From NCBI GenBank assembly GCA_043808095.1, contig JAZDFF010000024.1, forward strand, positions 7,868 through 71,867: a stretch of DNA of 64,000 nt, written 5' to 3'. The DNA is from Candidatus Omnitrophota bacterium (GTDB taxonomy: Bacteria > Omnitrophota > Gorgyraeia > JAZDFF01). The notes under the pieces were generated by a model. It did no database searches. It was not told the DNA's origin and saw only the letters and a program-made list of their open reading frames with translations. Both the position numbers and the translations under genes were made by a program. Positions 59,005-64,000 of this stretch are shown here, piece by piece. The stretch's first letter is position 1, and each line of letters opens with the position of its first letter.

Positions 59005-59224
59005 ATTGCTCCTTTTTAACCATTCTACCTCAAACAAAAAATAAAATCAAACCAACAAAAAAATATTATGTTGGAAAAACTGGCGTCAGAACTCGGGCCA
59101 TATTTACCTCAATCTTTTAATTAATTTTAGGCAGTTCTGAAATGAGATTTTCTTTTATCTTTTAACTTGCCTCTTCTTATTCTTTATAGTTTTGTTATCT
59201 AATCTATTGATTTTAGATATAAAT

Positions 59225-59665
59225 CTACTTCAACACCTCCAAAATATCATTCTCATCGGCTATTTGTAATCCCTTAATAATCTTATTCTGCCACTTTTTT
59301 AAAGGAACTGAATTGAAAACCTTCTTTATAATGCCTGTTTCGCCCTTATCAATCAGTGACTTTAATATTTCAATGGCAATATTTCTATCCTTAACCGCTT
59401 TATATTCTTTTTGCCTACGCTGAAAGATAATTAACTTATGTAAAGCGAAGTTAGCCGGATGAGGTAAAGTTACATAAAAATCTTCTACTTTTACCTTGAT
59501 AGTGTTTACAGACAGAAAACTCAAAAATCTCAGAGCAACTGCATTCATTCCTAATTTTGGCAAAGGGACAGGTTTATCTGTTCCCTTTCCTTTCTCCGGT
59601 ACTAAGAATTCAAGTAATAAATCCGGATGATCTAATTTAATATATCCCTTGTTTAAAGATTTAGG
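59225..59665 (-). pseudogene. 5'-truncated nucleotidyltransferase-fold gene (GSU2403-like), C-terminal half
   Basis: Frame extends upstream as KGYIKLDHPDLLLEFLVPEKGKG to a stop at 59666-59668. PHPANFALHKLII..RR...KAVKD motif present, N-terminal catalytic part absent. Confidence 0.65.
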
Positions 59666-59706
59666 TTACGGATCTACAAAAAATGAAATTTAGCCGAGAA
59701 AAATAT

Positions 59707-60327
59707 TTAATACTGATCGTGTTTTTCTAAGTTACATCTTTCGCAAGATGTAATCAGATTGGATTCATTGTTATCTCCACCTTTGTCTAACGGTAGAATA
59801 TGGTCTATATGTAATTTTGCACCATCTTTTGGTGTTCTGCCACAATATTGACAAGTAAAAGCATCTCTTTGAAAAATATGGAATCTATTCACACTTTGTG
59901 ATGGTCTGGATGAAATCCTAAGAGAATATAGCAATGATTTTATTTTAGATAATTTTTTAATTAAATTTTTCCGTAATGCTATTCTTTCCTTTAAATCTTT
60001 CGGTACTTTCTTTCCATAATATTTAGTTTTTACCTTATTCCCTTCTCTGTAAGCGAGATAATAATAAAGCTTGCCTTTGATATCCTTCAATTGAAATGTT
60101 CCTTTAGGAGAAGCATTAATTGCCCTCTTTATATCTTTATAGTAATTAAGATAATAATTTCTCCATACTAAAAAAGACCTCTCCCAATTTTCAATAGCAT
60201 TCTTCTTAGCCATAATCTTACTATTGCTTTCCCATTTATCTGTTTTGTAATAACAGAAGACACAAATACCATTTGTTAAAAGGCAATCATTACTGAGATG
60301 TTCAAAACATTTTTTGCAGTATCCCAT
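59707..60327 (-). CDS. HNH endonuclease with N-terminal Cys cluster and PKG..YYYL domain (start refined)
   Basis: RDAFTCQYCG...HIDHILP..KGG....NLITSCERCN and SD AGGAG. Confidence 0.85.
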   Translation of the reverse strand: MGYCKKCFEHLSNDCLLTNGICVFCYYKTDKWESNSKIMAKKNAIENWERSFLVWRNYYLNYYKDIKRAINASPKGTFQLKDIKGKLYYYLAYREGNKVKTKYYGKKVPKDLKERIALRKNLIKKLSKIKSLLYSLRISSRPSQSVNRFHIFQRDAFTCQYCGRTPKDGAKLHIDHILPLDKGGDNNESNLITSCERCNLEKHDQY

Positions 60328-60507
60328 TATACTCCTGTATATTTTTATTATAACATAAAATAAATTAATTATCAAACAAATTTATATTTGTTGGTTAACA
60401 TATATCTACATTGGGCAAAATTCCCCGATTGGCGTTTAAATTTTATCCCTATTCTACGGTGTTTTTCGAATATCAGTCAGTTCTGACACGAGATTGTGTC
60501 CAGCGTC

Positions 60508-60924
60508 CTAATCGCCTATTATCTTGATTAAAACGCGCTTTTTACGCCGGCCGTCAAATTCTCCATAAAATATCTGTTCCCAGGGGCCGAAATCAAGCCT
60601 GCCGTTGGTAATTGCCACTACGGCCTCTCTACCCATTATTGTCCTTTTTAGATGGGCATCTGCGTTATCTTCTCCGCTAAGGTTGTGCCGGTATTTATCC
60701 TTGCCATACGGCGCAAACTCCTCCAGCCATGCGCTGAAATCATGATGCAGCCCCGGCTCATCATCGTTGATAAAAACCGAGCTGGTTATATGCATGGCAT
60801 TAACCAGACAAAACCCCTCCTTAACTGCGCTTTTCTTAACCGCCTCCTCTACCTGCGGGGTTATATTTATAAACTCCTGCCTGTTTTTTGTATTAAACCA
60901 TAAATATTGCGTGCAGGATTTCAT
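60508..60924 (-). CDS. yjbQ: YjbQ / UPF0047 family protein
   Basis: [17 protein letters not shown]...NADAHLK, GPWEQIF..EFDG. Confidence 0.92.
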   Translation of the reverse strand: MKSCTQYLWFNTKNRQEFINITPQVEEAVKKSAVKEGFCLVNAMHITSSVFINDDEPGLHHDFSAWLEEFAPYGKDKYRHNLSGEDNADAHLKRTIMGREAVVAITNGRLDFGPWEQIFYGEFDGRRKKRVLIKIIGD

Positions 60925-60951
60925 TTCTCCGACATCCCGATCACCCCGGGC

Positions 60952-60974
60952 AAAAAGTGTTTGTCCCCGGAAGT
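60952..60974. repeat. GTCCCC junction motif copy 7
   Basis: AAAAAGTGTTTGTCCCCGGAAGT, 1 nt from the stop at 60976. Confidence 0.82.
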
Positions 60975-60975
60975 T

Positions 60976-61632
60976 TTATAACCAGCCTTTGTCCTGCCAG
61001 TACTTGTACTCTTCTTTCCAATCCTCTTTTCTTAATTGCATTATTCTCTTAAAATGCTCTTTGCCGGCCTCGATGATTTTCATCTGATCAACAAATACAT
61101 TTTTATCCTTTATATCCCGGAGGATTTTTTTACCTAACTGATAAGCCTCCTCTGCCTTTTCCTTTATGGCATACGCAGAAGACGATACGCCTCCCGAATA
61201 CTGCGCACCGCAGGTATGAGCGTAATATTTTATATAATCCAGCACATCTTTATCCTGCCCGCTTCCCGAGGAGACAACGCCGGCAATGTATTTACCGAGG
61301 AGCCGTTTACAGTGGATAAAATGCGCCGAGCGGTCAAAGAGGGCCTTCATCGAGGCCGTAACCTGGTTTATATAATTAGGCGAGGCCAGGATTATTCCGT
61401 CAGCCTCAAGCATCTTTTCAAGAATTATTGAAATACCGTCTTTTAGCGAACAATTAAGAATCTTTTTATGGCAGGCCTCGCAATGCTGACAAAAATTTAT
61501 ATGATACTCTAATAAATGAATGACCTCGCATTTAGCGCCCTCATCAGAAAAGGCCTGCAAGACCTCCCCTGCCAGAAGAAAGGTCTGGCTTTTTTCTTTA
61601 TGGGGGCTGGAAGAGATAACCAAAATTTTCAT
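60976..61632 (-). CDS. Flavodoxin-family iron-sulfur flavoprotein
   Basis: SSSP, CQHCEAC....C, ADGIILASPNY, KALFDR. Confidence 0.9.
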   Translation of the reverse strand: MKILVISSSPHKEKSQTFLLAGEVLQAFSDEGAKCEVIHLLEYHINFCQHCEACHKKILNCSLKDGISIILEKMLEADGIILASPNYINQVTASMKALFDRSAHFIHCKRLLGKYIAGVVSSGSGQDKDVLDYIKYYAHTCGAQYSGGVSSSAYAIKEKAEEAYQLGKKILRDIKDKNVFVDQMKIIEAGKEHFKRIMQLRKEDWKEEYKYWQDKGWL

Positions 61633-61636
61633 TTTA

Positions 61637-61659
61637 AAAAAGTGCGTGTCCCCGGAAAT
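61637..61659. repeat. GTCCCC junction motif copy 8
   Basis: AAAAAGTGCGTGTCCCCGGAAAT, 4 nt upstream of the ATG at 61632. Confidence 0.9.
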
Positions 61660-61771
61660 TTTACTGATTTATTCTGTATCTTTTTTAATATCAGTCAGTT
61701 ATCAAGTTCTGACACGGATTTTTCGGTTTTTTTTGACACGGTTTTTTCCCTATTTTTTCTCTGAAATAAAT

Positions 61772-62056
61772 TTATGCTAAAGAAGCTCGATGGGACAAGA
61801 TGTTCGCCCAGGTAAGCATAGATTCAGCCCAATCTGCGTCCATACGGACATCATGGGAGAGGCGCTTGAAGTCATTCTTGAACCATTCATAGGTGGGTGA
61901 AAAACGGAGCGATTTCGGGGCGGATTCCAAGGCCTTTAGATATTCTTGGGTCTGGGCCAAGAACTGTTCAACTCGCTCCTTGCGGCCTTCCATGGCCCAA
62001 GTGCACAGACGACCCAAGTTTACGGCGATATTCAAAGTTAATTCCTTAGCTGTCAT
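61772..62056 (-). CDS. Small helical hypothetical protein
   Basis: 94-aa ORF with SD GGAG and an upstream promoter. Confidence 0.7.
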   Translation of the reverse strand: MTAKELTLNIAVNLGRLCTWAMEGRKERVEQFLAQTQEYLKALESAPKSLRFSPTYEWFKNDFKRLSHDVRMDADWAESMLTWANILSHRASLA

Positions 62057-62122
62057 AATCTACTCCAGTAATTAGAACTTCCGGATCTTTTTGGCACGGA
62101 TGATTAATAACATTTTTACAAT

Positions 62123-62150
62123 ATTATAGCATGGAATACCCCACAGGCAA
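62123..62150 (-). promoter_or_regulatory. Sigma70-type promoter
   Basis: TTGCCT-N16-TATAAT with TGcTATAAT. Confidence 0.55.
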
Positions 62151-62170
62151 GCCCATGTTACCTAAATTTA

Positions 62171-62291
62171 CCCTCCTTCGCTGAAGAACTTTCGTCTTCA
62201 GCTTCGGCGGGTTATCCCCCTATTTCATATACGACTTGCCCTTTAGTGACATCCTCCGAAGCCCCGACGTATCTTCGGGGCGAAGGGGGAT
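62171..62291. repeat. Two REP-like hairpins
   Basis: GCTGAAGA/TCTTCAGC stem and ATCCTCCGAAGCCCCGA..TCGGGGCGAAGGGGGAT, similar to the hairpin in the 78-bp repeat. Confidence 0.55.
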
Positions 62292-62321
62292 AAAATTAAA
62301 AATGTAGCCTAAATTATCTGT

Positions 62322-62344
62322 AAAAAGTGCGTGTCCCCGGAAAT
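62322..62344. repeat. GTCCCC junction motif copy 9
   Basis: AAAAAGTGCGTGTCCCCGGAAAT, 14 nt from the stop at 62359. Confidence 0.9.
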
Positions 62345-62358
62345 TTATTAAGATTCGT

Positions 62359-63510
62359 TTATTGCTTGCAGGTTTTGCCAACCAGATCTAAATAATCGTC
62401 TATGCGAATAGCTCCTTGGGGTATTTTGCAATCTGGATTAGTGTTCCCACCTCCGCCGATAGCCCAGGTATCTTCACAGAATTTACCTAAATCCTTCCCA
62501 TCAAAGGATTCTTTCCGAATGGCATATACTTCTCCGCCAGATTCACCAATGAGAAATTGATTGTTGTAAACAAATAAACCCTCATGGCGGCCAAAATCTC
62601 TATATCTTTTCATCACATCATAAATTATTGAGACCCTGTCATCGGGTTTAATTTCTTCAGAGCGTATATAATGATCGTATATTTGATTTTCCCGTTTCTG
62701 CTTTAGGGGCAGCTCGGTCAAGACTTTTTCCCTCTCATTAAAGTAGAGATTTTTCATATAATCCCATAAGCCATAAGCATAAAGTTTAACCCCTTTTCTA
62801 AAAATATATACCTTTAATTCATTGCCACTTAATTTAACATCATAGGATTCGTTATCTGCGCCTAAAAAGGAAATCCCTGATAACATGCTATTGCGGTCTC
62901 GTTGAGACCCTGAAACGGTACTTGTTATTTTTTTTATCTCGACTTTATTTTTTGTCTTCTCATCGACAATGGTTTTAATTTTCCCTTCACTGATATCCAT
63001 TAGATCTATCTCTTTGACAGAAAAAATATAGTAATATCCCTCTTGTGTAAAACTGATTGGTAACTTTTCGATGTTACCATCCTTTGTTATCACATATTCA
63101 TCTGTAACATGTTCTGGCATATAAGTCCCTTGGGGATGACGCATAAGAAATCTATCATTATAATAAAAGAGGTGATAGAATCCTGTGCTACTTATTCTAC
63201 AACCACTGCAATTCCAATCTTCGCATTTGCAATTTAAATAATCGGTAAATATCTTTAGTTTTTCCTTGAATTTTAAATATTTAGGAACTGATTCTTCTCC
63301 TGTTTCCCATTGCGGTCTTGGGGCATTCCTGTTGCACTCTTTTAATATGTCATCCGTAACATCGGCAAAGGATAAATTTAACCATAGAAATGAGGCAGAT
63401 ATTATTAAATAGCATATCCGCCTGTTATGTTTAATGCTCTTTATAAACTTCATGTATCCTTTTGGGGATAATAGCTCCTTACCTTTCACGCTACACTTCC
63501 CGTCGCTCAT
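62359..63510 (-). CDS. Secreted hypothetical protein (alternative start 63453)
   Basis: Long AT-rich ORF with a signal-like segment ending SFA. No family recognised. Confidence 0.7.
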   Translation of the reverse strand: MSDGKCSVKGKELLSPKGYMKFIKSIKHNRRICYLIISASFLWLNLSFADVTDDILKECNRNAPRPQWETGEESVPKYLKFKEKLKIFTDYLNCKCEDWNCSGCRISSTGFYHLFYYNDRFLMRHPQGTYMPEHVTDEYVITKDGNIEKLPISFTQEGYYYIFSVKEIDLMDISEGKIKTIVDEKTKNKVEIKKITSTVSGSQRDRNSMLSGISFLGADNESYDVKLSGNELKVYIFRKGVKLYAYGLWDYMKNLYFNEREKVLTELPLKQKRENQIYDHYIRSEEIKPDDRVSIIYDVMKRYRDFGRHEGLFVYNNQFLIGESGGEVYAIRKESFDGKDLGKFCEDTWAIGGGGNTNPDCKIPQGAIRIDDYLDLVGKTCKQ

Positions 63511-63608
63511 TTCACTTTTCTCCTTTTTTACTTTTAAAGTATGGCAAAAAGTATGATGTTAGAATTCGGGACTTCGCGGGACTCCCTTCGGTCGCGAGTG
63601 ATCTAGAG

Positions 63609-63631
63609 AAAAAGTGCGTGTCCCCGGAATT
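63609..63631. repeat. GTCCCC junction motif copy 10
   Basis: AAAAAGTGCGTGTCCCCGGAATT, 3 nt from the stop at 63635. Confidence 0.9.
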
Positions 63632-63634
63632 AAA

Positions 63635-64000
63635 TTATTGCCTCGCTTTTAAAGCATTAATAAGGTTATATATAAAGTCTATAGCGACAATTAAGACAGG
63701 TATACTCCAGATCGCCTGTATGATAAGACGATTCTTAAGTATTAACTCGGCCGAATCAGGATTTCTAAAAATTACGCGACCAACAGTATTGAACATTAAT
63801 GCATTTATACCAGGAACCGAATAGAGAAGCGCAATAAGTAAAAAAGTATAAATAAATTTAGTTTTCGGATTAATATCCTCAGGCACAAATCTAAGGCCCC
63901 TGGTACCAAAAGATAAATCTGAACCAAAAGAAAATAAAGAAAAATTATAATTTTCAATAGCAAAAAATACACCTAAACCTATTAGAGCCAAAAGTGTCTT
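63635..64000 (-). CDS. Membrane hypothetical protein, 5' end probably outside window
   Basis: Frame is open to the window edge and has hydrophobic segments. Confidence 0.6.
   Translation of the reverse strand, partial: KTLLALIGLGVFFAIENYNFSLFSFGSDLSFGTRGLRFVPEDINPKTKFIYTFLLIALLYSVPGINALMFNTVGRVIFRNPDSAELILKNRLIIQAIWSIPVLIVAIDFIYNLINALKARQ

Noticed and set aside
47211-63631. CRISPR array or integron attC interpretation of the recurring motif
   Set aside because: Spacing is gene-sized and irregular, no cas or intI gene is present, and there is no RYYYAAC/GTTRRRY palindromic structure.
590-63824. Numerous short plus-strand ORFs
   Set aside because: Antisense shadows of well-supported minus-strand genes.

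Overview
Bacterial chromosomal window, almost entirely encoded on the minus strand. Gene content and repeat style suggest an uncultured anaerobe such as Ca. Omnitrophota (inference only). (i) 1-6.0 kb: candidate RiPP cluster with a truncated PqqD/RRE gene absent from the ORF track, two radical SAM/SPASM enzymes (one fused to an HPr-kinase-like P-loop domain), a 65-aa Cys-containing precursor ending in Asp-Ser, a nucleotidyltransferase, and an S26 peptidase fused to a priming phosphoglycosyl transferase. (ii) 6-24 kb: Wzm/Wzt surface-glycan locus with two large multidomain glycosyltransferases carrying coiled-coil segments. (iii) 24-47 kb: mostly housekeeping genes (trxB, lipA, panD, ackA, pta, trxA, GMP synthase subunit, TrpB2, ECF sigma/anti-sigma, malQ, yajQ, purC), with palindromic elements in many intergenic gaps. 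(iv) 47-64 kb: accessory region where ten copies of a ~23-bp motif (AAAAAGTGCGTGTCCCCGGAATT) sit at gene boundaries, often against stop codons, like cassette junctions. It also holds a 78-bp direct repeat enclosing one gene, a MITE with 18-bp terminal inverted repeats, an in-frame palindromic insertion in a lipoprotein signal peptide and an orphan gene tail. The two best candidates for a new system are the glycan-coupled rSAM RiPP and the GTCCCC-motif cassette array. No rRNA, tRNA, CRISPR array or transposase gene was recognised. All family assignments come from motif recognition by eye, not database searches.
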